A DNA stretch of 64,000 bases. Source: Azolla caroliniana (lineage: Eukaryota; Plantae; Polypodiophyta). The stretch spans positions 7,936,001 through 8,000,000 of the forward strand of contig JBHGNT010000016.1 of assembly GCA_043228905.1 (NCBI GenBank), in the 5' to 3' direction. The translations under genes were made by a program, and so were the position numbers. This document shows positions 12,750 to 23,966 of the stretch, one piece after another. The notes beneath the pieces are model-generated. The model searched no databases. It was not told the origin of the DNA and saw only the letters and a program-made list of their open reading frames with translations. Every line of letters starts with the position of its first letter. Position 1 is the first letter of the stretch.

Positions 12750-13794
12750 TGTCGTGAAGATCCGTCACTACGCGCGGATCGTGAGGCGGAACCGCCGGGG
12801 TTCTGGACCAGAAGGATTTAGAGTCGATACAAGCTTTAGCGAGAAAGTACTTAAGATAGATTGGGAAAGAGAGAAGATGAGATTACACGATTGATTTCAA
12901 AATGAATTTCTTCCTCTTAATTTTCATACAAAAAAACCGTGTTTTTCTCCTCCCCCTTCCCTCTTTTATAGATGCTCTCATGCATATGATGCATGTGAGG
13001 GTACAAGACATGCATAAATTGCATGTTTGCCATTTGGCGCTTAAGTATTACATGTGGTGCATGCTAACCATGTCACTCATTTTAGCACTCATGGATGAGA
13101 ATTTACATGTAAAAGTACAATGATAGAAATATAATTTCAACTAAATACTATGGCTTAATGGTAAGCCATTTGACTCTTAACTTGGAGGTGTAAGGTTCGA
13201 ATCCATACTTGCCCTCCTTGTATATGTAAACATGTATATATTTTTTAATATATTTATTTTATCTAGTCGCCGGTTCGCCGGATACCGTCGCCGGATACCA
13301 GTGCCGCCGCCGGATACCGACGCCGGATACCGGTGCCGCCGCCGGATGACGCCGGATGCCGACGCCGCCACCGGATTGCGGTCGGATGCCGTCGGATCAC
13401 CGGCTCCATCGCCGGTCCGGTTTTGGTTGGCCAAAACCCTTTACGAGTAGCTAGCCACCTCCACTCTAAGTTCAAGTTACCTTGAACTCTCTATGCTCCA
13501 CACATAGACACAAAGGTAATATCTTTTGCTCCACCTTATATATGATGAGAGCCGTATTTGTCGTGCCTATGTGGGATATCTCACAATTTTCTCTTTTCTT
13601 TTCACAAACTTTATACCCTCATATCTTGACATTTAGTTGTCCATTTCTCGTGTAATAAAGTGCATTCGAAACCTCCATCATTTTGTACTTAGATATTAAA
13701 AATGTTATCTTCACAATTATTGCATTACATGATTCATACTCGATTTTGTACGTTTTATGGGATTTTCACACTATTGCCGAAAATCTTCACGACA
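12750..13794 (-). repeat. Element D 3' LTR
   Basis: Direct repeat of 19620-20642; contains a GCCGGAT tandem array and a tRNA-like cassette. Confidence 0.96.
13151..13246 (+). promoter_or_regulatory. tRNA-derived Pol III type-2 promoter-like cassette in the D LTR (second copy 20021-20116)
   Basis: A-box TGGCTTAATGG (13151), B-box GGTTCGAATCC (13194) at tRNA spacing; CTCTTAA Lys-like loop; T6 run at 13241-13246. Confidence 0.7.
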
Positions 13795-13866
13795 TCCACC
13801 CCCACCAAACCGCACGTCCTCCGGTACGTGCCAAGAAGAGAAGAAGTGAGATTTCGGCTACGATGA

Positions 13867-16800
13867 TCAATTAGATTCCTCCATGTCTTCATTTTCATCC
13901 GGCCTATTATGTTCATCGTCGAGGTAATCGAGGTCAGGATCCTTGTCTTGTCTTTTCTTGAAAAGCTTTACTCTTTTTCCCGCAATGGGTACGGCCAACC
14001 TTGATCCGTCTAGTTCCGCAAGGTGGTATGTGGCATTATCATTGGCACTTGTCACCACATACGGCACGAACCATCTTCTTGCGAACTTCCTTGTTGTACT
14101 ATGTTGATTGTCAAGGGTGTTGTCGTAGACCAAAACCCAATCCCCTTCTTCAATCTTCTTGGGACGAAGTCGATGCGTGTTGTCGAACCGAACTTTGTTC
14201 TTTACTCGGGCTGCCTTCATCATCTTTCGCGCTTTTTCTAAATCTTCATGTCTTCTTTCAAGTTGCCTTATCCGCGCCGCTAATAACTCTTCTCGGCTCA
14301 TCTCGTTCTCCCACGGTATCGCTACCCATGAGGCGATCGTCCTTTCAATGGGCATAATCGGCTTTTGTCCATACATAAGCTCCGTCGGCATATACCCTGT
14401 CACCGAGCTATGTGTCGTTCTATCGGCCCACAAGGCATAGGGTAATAGTCGTGGCCAATTCCCGACTCGACCGTTGCATGCCCGTACGATGGCTTTAACG
14501 ATAGGTCCATGCCATCGCTCGATCTTCCCATTTGCTTCCGGATTGTAGGCAGTCGTGAGGGAGAGCTTCACGCCTAGTCTTTCGAAGAGCTCCGTTGCTT
14601 CGTGCGCTTTTCCAACTCCCCTCGGTCGGCCACTATCTTCCCTACACATCCATATCGGCAAACAACATCTTCAAGTAGAAATTTGCAAACGGCTGAAGTC
14701 GTCTTATTTGTCAAGGCTCGTCCTTCCACTTGATTTGTCAAGTCTTCCCTTGCCAGCGCTAAGTACTTCATTTGTCCCACTCCCATGGGCATCGAGACCA
14801 GATCCACCATCCATTTGAAGTGAATGGTGAGTGGGTATGTCGGCTTTAACTCATCACGATGACGTATATTTGAATATACTTGGCAAGTTTCGCATGTAAA
14901 CACGAAATGGAGTACATCTTTGTACATGCTTGGCCACCAGTACTTCTCCTTCAACTTTTCGAACGTCGCCCATGTTCCTCTATGACCTGCCCAAGCACTC
15001 TCGTGGAATTCGGTCATCAGCGTCTCTTGCTCTTCTTTCTTTACCACCACTCGACGTGGTATTCCTGTCCTTCTTTTTGGATGTCGCCAAAGGAATCCTC
15101 CCTTCAAGAAGTATCGGTAAGCTTTCTTTCGGATTCGTAGGGCCTCCTCCTTTGTCAACGAAGCATCTGTCGTCAATGTTCTTAGGAATCTACCGATGAG
15201 TAACCATTCTCCTTCGTACTCGTTCTCGTTGAAGGCGTGGAGGGTTTGCGTGTCCTGGTCCTCCGCCGACAATCGAGCCATCTTGAAGAAGTCGAGGGCG
15301 ACATCTTCATCTTCCGAAACCATGTTACTTCCATTTGAAAATCTTGCCCTCGACAGCATGTCAGCCATGGCGTTCTTTTTCCCTGCGATGTGACGGATCT
15401 CTGGGTTTAAAGACTTGATGTAGGCGATCCACCTTAGCATAGCAAGATCTGGGGTCGCACATCCCGAGACCATTCCGAGAATTGGGAGACAATCTGTCTC
15501 TATTATCACTTCTGACCCGATCAGGTAATCTTTGTCCGTCTTCACTGCCGACACAATACCCCAAAGTTCCCGCTTGACTTGGGCATATCTCTATTGTCGT
15601 TCGCTGAGAACCTTTGCTTCGAACCGGACGGCATATCGCGCATTATCTTCACCTTCTTGATTGATGACCCATCCGATTCCGGTTGGGCTCGTATCTACGG
15701 TCACGTAAATTGGTTTCCCTTCGGCATAGTCGGCCTTCCTTAGTGCCGGAGCTTCAAGAAGCAGTTTCTTTAATCTTCGCATCGCCTTTATGTGCTCGTC
15801 TCGCCATTCGAACTTTATTCTTTTCTTTAGTAGTCCATATAACGGTTCGGCGACATGAGCGTAGTGAGGAATCCATATATGATAAAACGCGCACGCTCCA
15901 AGGAACCTTCGAACCTCCGTTTGGTTTTCGCATTCTTCTTTCATGTCTTGGATTGCGTTCACTTTGGATGGCGAGGGTTTCCGGCCGTATGCTCCACACA
16001 AGTGACCTACCACCAAGATCTCCGGTTGCCCGAATGCGGATTTTTCTCCCGAAAATGTCAAATTCGCATCTTCGAGCCTTTGAAGCACCTTCTCGCAATC
16101 TTTCATATGATCCGCAACGAACTTTCTACAACCTTCCTTATCTTTCGATTCATCTTTCTCCTCATCCGAACATCCTTTTATCGGAATATCATCCAAGAAT
16201 GGCATCGTGATGTCCGGAATGCAATCCTTCAACACTTTATTCATGGCATTCACCATATGAGCCACCGAGTTCGTTGCGCCTTGGGGTAAGGTACACATCC
16301 GCACAAGCCCGATCGGAGTCCTCATGGTTGTAATGTCCCGACTGTCGATCGCCAACTGGAATTGGTCATATCCGGAGTAGAGATCGCCAATGGAGTAGAT
16401 GGACCGGCCCGCAAACGCTTCGGCAAATTCGTCCACGCTCGGACCGATTCCGGCATTTCGAATTGTCACCTTATTGACGGGTTGAAGATCTTGGACGAAT
16501 CGCAATGATCCATTCTTCTTCGGTACCGTGAACCACCTATTGGAATAAGGAGCATTCGACGGTTCTAGAATTCCCATACTCACCTTCTCCTTTAAGAGCT
16601 CGATCAGCTTCGGAAGGTGTGCTCTCGGAACCGGTATCGGTTTCAAATTCCAAGGCACATGAGGCACCGTGAAGATCACCATTGGCTCTATAACCTTTGG
16701 GTCGGCGCATCCGATTTCTCGTGGGAAGAATGCGAAAGCCTTCCCATGTCTCTCAAGCATATCGCGAAACATTCGCTCCTCTTCAGGGAGAAGGAAATCC

Positions 16801-17363
16801 TCCTTTCCAACTCGTAGCTTCCCCTTCGTCTCTTTGGTGAAGTCATGACCTATCTTCTTCGGATCTCTTAAGCTTGGATCGTTAGCGACTTCCTTCATCT
16901 TTTGCCAGCTATCTTCCGGTAGCGGAACCGCAACTGGCTTGATCTTCTTATCCACTGTTTTATATTTCGTGTTGATGTCAGCTTCATTCATCGAGATGCC
17001 ACGACGGTATTCATCGATGATAGCGTACATGTTGACGGAGTTAACCGAAATCACACGTTGGTTGTGAAGATAGCTCAAGTCCACGACGTCCTCGATTTCG
17101 CCGATGGTGTCGTTAAATGAGGCTTCTTCCATAATATGAGTCACGAACTCTCCTTCTTCTATTATGTTCTCTTCTTTCAGCATCTTCTCGAATTCTTGTA
17201 TTCGGCGCTTGTGCTTCTTGTCGGGTAGTACAAGTTTACATGCGCCACTAGGTGTGACACATATTGCTTCTCCTTGCAATCCACGCGCTCTTCTTTCTTG
17301 TGGGGTCTTGTGATTGCTCGGACTATTTGTGCCCCATGCTTCAATAGTCCGCTCTAAAAATCC
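13867..17363 (-). pseudogene. Element D pol (RT-RNase H-integrase), reached by a -1 frameshift; one in-frame stop and one frameshift
   Basis: ORF 15591-17279 (DLYSGYDQF, LPQGATNS, FLDD) is in frame with 14574-15554 across a TAG. Frameshift near 14620 into 13867-14661 (YNPEANGKIER). Confidence 0.92.
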
Positions 17364-19558
17364 GAGGATTCGCCTCCGAGACTATCTCGATTCCTTTCAT
17401 GATTGGCTCGCACTGTTAGGAATTGGACCGATCTTTGCTTGTCAAGACTCTTTATTCGTGCGAAGGCTGCTCCATTATCGAACACTTTGGTCTCCATCCG
17501 AGATGATGTGATATAAGGTTGCCCTAGGATGACAGGATGCAACGCCGATTCTTGTACGAAGAAGTTTTGATCCATCTCCACATCCCCGATCGTGACTTTG
17601 ACATTGGGACAAGCTCCGTACAAGTCCTCCGTAGACTTTGTTGCTGCGCGAATCTTCCATCCGTGGTTTGTATTGATTGGCCATCTTCCCTTTTTGTAGA
17701 AGTCGGTTGACATGAGGTTGATCTCCGAGCCGTGGTCGATCAAGGCTACGACGGTCTCTTTCTTCTCCCCGATCTTCACCGGCGTCTCCGTTGTCGCTCG
17801 TGCCCAATGAGGTCGAGTGTAGTGGCTATCCACCATATCTTCATCGATTTCGTCTCTTGCCATCGTTATGGCATTCGTTTTTGCCTTTTGCGGCTTCTCT
17901 TCTTCCTCGTCCAATTGTTGTCTCTTTCTCTTTACAAGGTCCACGATCGTGTCATGGAACTCCTTCTTCGTAATGCCAAGCAATTCCCTCAAGGACAAAG
18001 TTACGTGGCTATCAAGAACTCGTTCTTCGAGAATCTTCTTTAGGTCCGTCGTCTGCTCTATGTCCGACCTTAGCTTATAGGTAGGTATGGTCCTTGTCCT
18101 CCGAGCGGGATCTTCGACACCAACCTTCACGGGCCGAACCGTTTCTTCAACTCGTATGCTCGGCTCCCCTTTTCGGCTTGATTCTCGTTCCTCCGTTTGT
18201 AAAGGTCGACTCGTCTCCGCATCGTCCTTCTTTTTCGCGTTCCTTGTTTCATGTCTTTTAGATGGGCCTTGCTCTTCTATTCTCTTTCTCTTTTCTTCAA
18301 CGAATACCTCGTGGTTGTCGCACATCACCTTTGCGAGTATGGTGTTGTCGTCCACCGGATCCGACCACCCGGTTATGCTTTGCACGTTTCGGTCCGCAAG
18401 CTCTACCTCGTTCGATGTGACTTTTCCCTTCTTCTCATATTCGAGAACAGAAGTCCAAAACTTTGCTCCCGCTCTAGCAGCTTCAGTCTTGTCTTTCCCG
18501 ACTCTTATTCCGGCCGACGTAGCATAGTGCATCGCATCCACATGAGTCGCATCGGCATCCTCCATAGATTTCTTCATTCCTCCTCTTCCGAAATTCACCC
18601 GTAGGGGTCTTCTAGTCTCGCTTGAGCAGATCATGTTGTCCTCTATATATACGATATTTTGTTGAATCGCCTCTCGAAGGCTCGTACAATCCCTTCTCAT
18701 GTGGTCCATGCTATCGCACCACACGCATCTAAAGGGTTCTTTTCCTTTAGGGCCCCGACAATTCATGTTGGCTAGCGTGACCTTCTCGAACTTCTTCGCT
18801 AGCTCTTCGATGATGTCGTCATCAATCTTCTTTTCTTCCACGTTACTTTGTCTTGGCGGCTCAGCTACTTTCAGCTGTCTTACTTTCTCCGTGGTAGTCG
18901 GTCCCATCAAGTCGGTGTCATCAACCCATTGGCGACGCTTGTCGAGCCTATTGCATGCCCGCTTCACCGCGATCCAATCCGCTACGAGCCCATTTGCTTG
19001 GGTATCATCTTCGAGAAGAGTCCCCAACTCCCGTCTATCCTTTATGTCCACGGCCTTCAAGAAGTACAAAGTCTTGTCCTCTTCAAGCAATACTTGGTCC
19101 GTATTGGGGAGACGACTAAACATCTGGTCGAATTCGTCGTACACCCTCGAGACGCTCATCTTCTTATTCTTCTTCTCTATCCACTTCATCAGGGCATGTC
19201 GAGTCATCCTCGTTGAGTCTTCAATCACGAACTCCGCTAGTATCATTTTCTCGAACTCGGACCATGTTGTCTTTCCTTCTTGAAGCTCGATGACGCGTCT
19301 TTGGATGTTGTTGGCGACAACTCTCTTGAAGCTTGCGATTTGACGTGCCTCGGACACGTCCCTTTGATTCATCTCCCTCTTATATGCATCAAGGAACTTC
19401 GTAACGTTCCTTCCATCGAATTGGCCCTCGAGCTCTACGACACGATCAACAGCCTTCTCCACGCTCGCGTCGTTGTCCCGAGATCTCATCATTTGCTCGA
19501 CGATTAGCATCATCCTTTCGAGCTCTCCCGCTTGGTTGCTTGAGGACGCCATCTCCAA
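17354..19558 (-). CDS. Element D Gag-protease polyprotein (734 aa, uninterrupted)
   Basis: Open ORF with a CVWCDSMDHMRRDC knuckle and an aspartic-protease-like ALIDHGSEINLM...VILGQP motif. Confidence 0.88.
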   Translation of the reverse strand: MEMASSSNQAGELERMMLIVEQMMRSRDNDASVEKAVDRVVELEGQFDGRNVTKFLDAYKREMNQRDVSEARQIASFKRVVANNIQRRVIELQEGKTTWSEFEKMILAEFVIEDSTRMTRHALMKWIEKKNKKMSVSRVYDEFDQMFSRLPNTDQVLLEEDKTLYFLKAVDIKDRRELGTLLEDDTQANGLVADWIAVKRACNRLDKRRQWVDDTDLMGPTTTEKVRQLKVAEPPRQSNVEEKKIDDDIIEELAKKFEKVTLANMNCRGPKGKEPFRCVWCDSMDHMRRDCTSLREAIQQNIVYIEDNMICSSETRRPLRVNFGRGGMKKSMEDADATHVDAMHYATSAGIRVGKDKTEAARAGAKFWTSVLEYEKKGKVTSNEVELADRNVQSITGWSDPVDDNTILAKVMCDNHEVFVEEKRKRIEEQGPSKRHETRNAKKKDDAETSRPLQTEERESSRKGEPSIRVEETVRPVKVGVEDPARRTRTIPTYKLRSDIEQTTDLKKILEERVLDSHVTLSLRELLGITKKEFHDTIVDLVKRKRQQLDEEEEKPQKAKTNAITMARDEIDEDMVDSHYTRPHWARATTETPVKIGEKKETVVALIDHGSEINLMSTDFYKKGRWPINTNHGWKIRAATKSTEDLYGACPNVKVTIGDVEMDQNFFVQESALHPVILGQPYITSSRMETKVFDNGAAFARIKSLDKQRSVQFLTVRANHERNRDSLGGESSDF

Positions 19559-19619
19559 GTATTAATCTCGACTTGATCCTTCCTACCGCCTCTTTCACGT
19601 CGGGTTCACCACTTTATTA

Positions 19620-20642
19620 TGTCGTGAAGATCCGTCACTACGCGCGGATCGTGAGGCGGAACCGCCGGGGTTCTGGACCAGAAGGATTTAGAGTCGATAC
19701 AAGCTTTAGCGAGAAAGTACTTAAGATAGATTGGGAAAGAGAGAAGATGAGATTGCACGATTGATTTCAAAATGAATTTCTTCCTCTTAATTTTCATACA
19801 AAAAAACCGTGTTTTTCTCCTCCCCCTTCCCTCTTTTATAGATGCTCTCATGCATATGATGCATGTGAGGGTACAAGACATGCATAAATTGCATGTTTGC
19901 CATTTGGCGCTTAAGTATTACATGTGGTGCATGCTAACCATGTCACTCATTTTAGCACTCATGGATGAGAATTTACATGTAAAAGTACAATGATAGAAAT
20001 ATAATTTTAACTAAATACTATGGCTTAATGGTAAGCCATTTGACTCTTAACTTGGAGGTGCAAGGTTTGAATCCATACTTGCCCTCCTTGTATATGTAAA
20101 TATGTATATATTTTTTAATATATTTATTTTATCTAGTCGCCGGTTCGCCGGATACCGTCGCCGGATGCCGCCGCCGCCGCCGAATACCGACGCCGGATGC
20201 CGGTGCCGCATGCCGCCACCGGATTGCCGTCGGATGCCGTCGGATCACCGGCTCCATCGCCGGTCCGGTTTTGGTTGGCCAAAACCCTTTACGAGTAGCT
20301 AGCCACCTCCACTCTAAGTTCAAGTTACCTTGAACTCTCTATGCTGCACACATAGACACAAAGATAATATCTGTTGCTCCACCTTATATATGATGAGAGC
20401 CGTATTTGTCGTGCCTATGTGGGATATCTCACAATTTTCTCTTTTCTTTTCACAAACTTTATACTCTCATATCTTGACATTAAGTTGTCCATTTCTCGTG
20501 TAATAAAGTGCATTCGAAACCTCCATCATTTTGTACTTAGATATTAAAAATGTTATCTTCACAATTATTGCATTACATGATTCATACTCGATTTTGTACG
20601 TTTTATGGGATTTTCACACTATTGCCGAAAATCTTCACGACA
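19620..20642 (-). repeat. Element D 5' LTR
   Basis: Direct repeat of 12750-13794, 8 nt from the Trp PBS. Confidence 0.96.
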
Positions 20643-23401
20643 ACGCTTCCGAGTGCGAAATCATATGCATCAGCTTCAAGTATAAAGCGCCTCATTGGAT
20701 TGACATGCATTAAAATTGGTGCAGATGTAAACGCTTGCTTTAAACCCTCAAATGCAGAGTTCGCATCTATACCCCATACAAATGGTTGATTCTTGCACGT
20801 TAGTTGAGTGAGGGGCAATACAATCTTTGAATAATCTATGATGAACTTGCAATAAAAGTTTGTGAACCCCAAAAAACATTGTACATCTCGCACAAACTGT
20901 GGTGTTTGCCAATCCAAAATTGTTTGAACTTTTGATGGATCCATAGAGACGCCATTTGAAGAGACTATGTACCCCAAAAATTCCACTTGACACTGGTCGA
21001 AACTACACTTCTCCAAATTTGCATAGAGAGCGTACTCTCATAACCGTTGCAAAACTTGACGAACATGTATGTCATGCTCCTCTTGAGTTTTTGAGTAGAT
21101 CAAGATATCATCCTAGTAAACTATGATGAAGATATCGAGGAAGTCTCGAAAAATGTCATTTGCCATATGTTGGAAAACTACTGGTGCATTCGTGAGACCA
21201 AATGGCATCACTGTATACTCAAAATGACCATAACGAGTGCGGAACGTGGTCTTCCATTCATCCCTAAGACGAATTCGAACAAGGTTGTAGGCACCTCGAA
21301 GATCTAACTTCGTGAAATACTTTGCTCCACTGAGGCGTTCTAGAAGGCTTGAGATCAATGGTAGAGCATATCGGTTTCTAATAGTCACTTTATTCAAGCC
21401 CCAATAATCCACAACCATACGAAGCATACCATCTTTCTTCTTAACGAAAAAGATGGGTGCACCAGCATGAGATCTTGAATGTTGGATAAAACCATTTGCC
21501 AGGTTCTCATCGATATATTCTCGAAGAACCTCTAACTCCGTGGGCGAAAGGTTATAAATTGGCCCCCATGGAGGCTCTTTTCCTGGCTGCAAATCAATCG
21601 GGCAATCATATGGTCGATGCTCTGGTAATCTATTAGCCTTCACCTTATTGAACACATCGGAGAATTCTATGTACTTCTTTGGTAATTAGACCCCCAATTT
21701 TTGTGTGCTAGATGAGGGAGTTGCTAAAACCGCAAACACCATCATGTCTTCCTTCCTTCCATCCTCTCGTAACCGATGTATAGAGATTGTTGAAATCATG
21801 TGGGATCCTAGATCCTTTGTTGAAGTTTCAAGAGACTCGGATTGTACTATGACCTCTTCAATAGTTCTTTTTCTCCAATTAATAGTTGGGTTATGTAACT
21901 CAAACCAAGGAAGACCAAGAACTAGAGAGTGCTCTGGACTACTAATGATGTTGAATGAGATGATACTAGCCAAATTACCTAGGACTACATCAATTGGTTC
22001 AGACTCTTCGACTATATCACTTGATGTTATAGGGTGACCATCGATGACTCCTACAGCTATTGGGTTCGGGAGCTTGTTCAAGATGATGGTTTGGGTCAAT
22101 GCAAACTCGCAATCCATGAAACAAGAATTGGCTCAAGAATCTAGGAGGGCAGAGGCTAGGACTCGAGGACCTGTAGATATGCTAAGCTCAATTTGTGCAG
22201 AAAAAACTCGACTAACTTGATTTGATGAAATGGAGCCACAACTAGGTACTGACTCTACATATTTTGGCCGGACTTATTCATTTAACACATCCTCTAATTG
22301 GCTCAAGACATCAAATCTATTCTCATGGCATGGGTTATTAGGCCTAGTAATTAAGTTATTAGAAGTGATAGTAGAACTCGAGGTAGGGTTGTCATGTGCA
22401 CTTACTTGGTAAACTTGATGTTTGGGTTTATGTGGACAATTCACAACAATATGTCCTAGACCACCACAATAGAGGCATAGGTGATGCGCCTGACGTCGTT
22501 GTTTCTCAGCATCTGATAAAGGCCCTTGATGTGGTGTTGACTCTATTTCCATCGGAGTGGGACCATCCCTCGTAACGGGTCTGGGAACTTGTGGCGGTGT
22601 TGCGACTATTAAAGCATACGTCTGTTTCGGTTGGCAACATAGCATTTGTTGACGTTCAAAACGTCGCTCAAATAGGCGATTATCACATCGCACAACTCGA
22701 CTAATGGCCTCTGTAAGAGACTTTGGATCTTCGTGGAAAGTAAGAAGAAGATCTTTGACATCGTTACACAAACCATGACAGAATTGATCCATTACGGTTG
22801 CCTCATCCCAAGGGATGTCACATGCCAAGAGACGGAAATCTGTTGCGTAGGTTGAAGCGGGACGATCTCCTTGTCGGAGTCTTCGAATCTTGTTTATTGT
22901 CGTTCTAGTGCTATCGGTGTCTCCAAAACTAGCTTGAAACTCTTTAACGAATGCCTCGAAATCCTCCAACAATGGTGATTTCTTCTCTAGAAGTGGTGCA
23001 AACCATGCTAATGTTGTACCGCTTAGCAAGGTTCCTATTAATCCCACACGAGCAGCATCACTTGGGTACCGATTGGGATGTAACTGAATCACCAAACGGA
23101 CTTGATTTAGGAAACCTCGAAACAAAGGTCGGGTACCATCAAACTTGGAAGGGAGGCTAATCTTTGGTTCCCTTGGGGAGTTTTGAACCCCCGCCGCTTC
23201 TTCTCGTAATGTTAATATAGTAGCCTTGAGTTGATGAACCCGTTGTGATAACTCCTCATATTGATGAGCTTTCTCAGTACTCACTTGTTGTAAATCCCCG
23301 AGTAGCCTATGATTTTCTTGCTCTAATGCCACAAACTTAGTCGTGAGCATGTCGAGCTCAGAAAGGACACGCATATACTCTTGCTTGCTGACGGATTCCA
23401 T
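20643..23401 (-). pseudogene. Element C gag-protease-RT, disrupted by in-frame stops
   Basis: Gag (MESVSKQ... to 22274; retrotransposon-gag/PEG10-like KFDGTR...FRGFLNQV), then ALLDS* protease and RT 21113-21655 in the same frame; the YLDD motif is broken by a stop. Confidence 0.9.
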
Positions 23402-23474
23402 AAATGAGGGGGGGGGGAAGAAAGAAGGGAAAAGAAGAAAGCTTGTTAGGGTTATTGGAAAAGGAAACAAAAAT

Positions 23475-23485
23475 ATTCGGTTCAA
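23475..23485 (-). promoter_or_regulatory. Non-tRNA (self-complementary) primer binding site of element C
   Basis: TTGAACCGAAT (minus), 2 nt after the LTR end; exact complement of ATTCGGTTCAA at 23679-23669 inside the LTR. Confidence 0.8.
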
Positions 23486-23487
23486 AC

Positions 23488-23966
23488 TGTTAAGACTCGT
23501 GGGTAGGAGATAGAGTGAGAGCGAGAGTGAGAGCAAAAGAGAGAGGGTGTGTGTGTATATGTGTGAGAGAGTGAGAGAGAGTGGGAGAGATAAGACTTGA
23601 AATAGAAATGAGATTATATTATGATGAGACAAGATTACAATGAGTAGGCTAAGGGCTAAAGACTAGTGTTGAACCGAATGAGTTGAAATGAATGTATGGA
23701 CACTTATTTATAGATCCTTATAGAGTATTCTAGAATGTTCTAGAATATTTTAGATTTTTATGATAAGAAATATAATCATGAAATATTAAAGGATGTTCTA
23801 GAATCATCTAGAATGTTCTAGAATATTCTAATATCTCCTAATAACTAAAAATATAATTATTATAATCACACAATATATATGTTATTACAATGGTTAAGGG
23901 TTTAACACATAGACCAAGAAGTCGTGGGTTCGGTTCTTGATAAGCCAAAATGTTGTCTTCATGACA
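23488..23966 (-). repeat. Element C 5' LTR (479 bp)
   Basis: TGTCATG...CTTAACA on minus; TATAAATA at 23712-23705. The right part matches 10542-10785; the inner boundary is inferred from the CA terminus plus the PBS. Confidence 0.82.

Larger units (their letters stand above)
12750..20642 (-). mobile_element. Element D: near-intact non-chromovirus Ty3/Gypsy LTR retrotransposon with tRNA-Trp PBS
   Basis: LTRs 12750-13794 and 19620-20642 with 12-bp terminal inverted repeats TGTCGTGAAGAT/ATCTTCACGACA. 18-nt PBS at 19594-19611 complementary to the plant tRNA-Trp 3' end. 4-bp TSD ACGT/ACGC. C's RNase H frame (ALGSV|LS) resumes across the insertion. Confidence 0.96.
10542..23966 (-). mobile_element. 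Element C: Ty3/Gypsy chromovirus (Tf1/sushi/Tcn1-like), decayed; interrupted by D; 3' LTR interrupted by A
   Basis: 5' LTR 23488-23966; 3' LTR remnant 10542-10785; PPT GGAAAGGGGGGATAA (10786-10800, minus). Gag with CLYCGGLGHIVVNC; RT motifs [13 protein letters not shown] and [17 protein letters not shown]; integrase ends in a chromodomain (EYEVASILDS...YYLVDWLGY...TWEP). Confidence 0.93.

Noticed and set aside
22274-22276. Programmed stop-codon readthrough between C gag and pol
   Set aside because: Pol is in frame after the TAA, but this copy has several other in-frame stops, so it cannot be told apart from CAA>TAA decay.
23667-23670. TGTT at 23667 as the inner boundary of C's 5' LTR
   Set aside because: It would leave only ~13 nt of R+U5 after the predicted start site and has no PBS; 23488 fits both the CA terminus and the self-complementary PBS.
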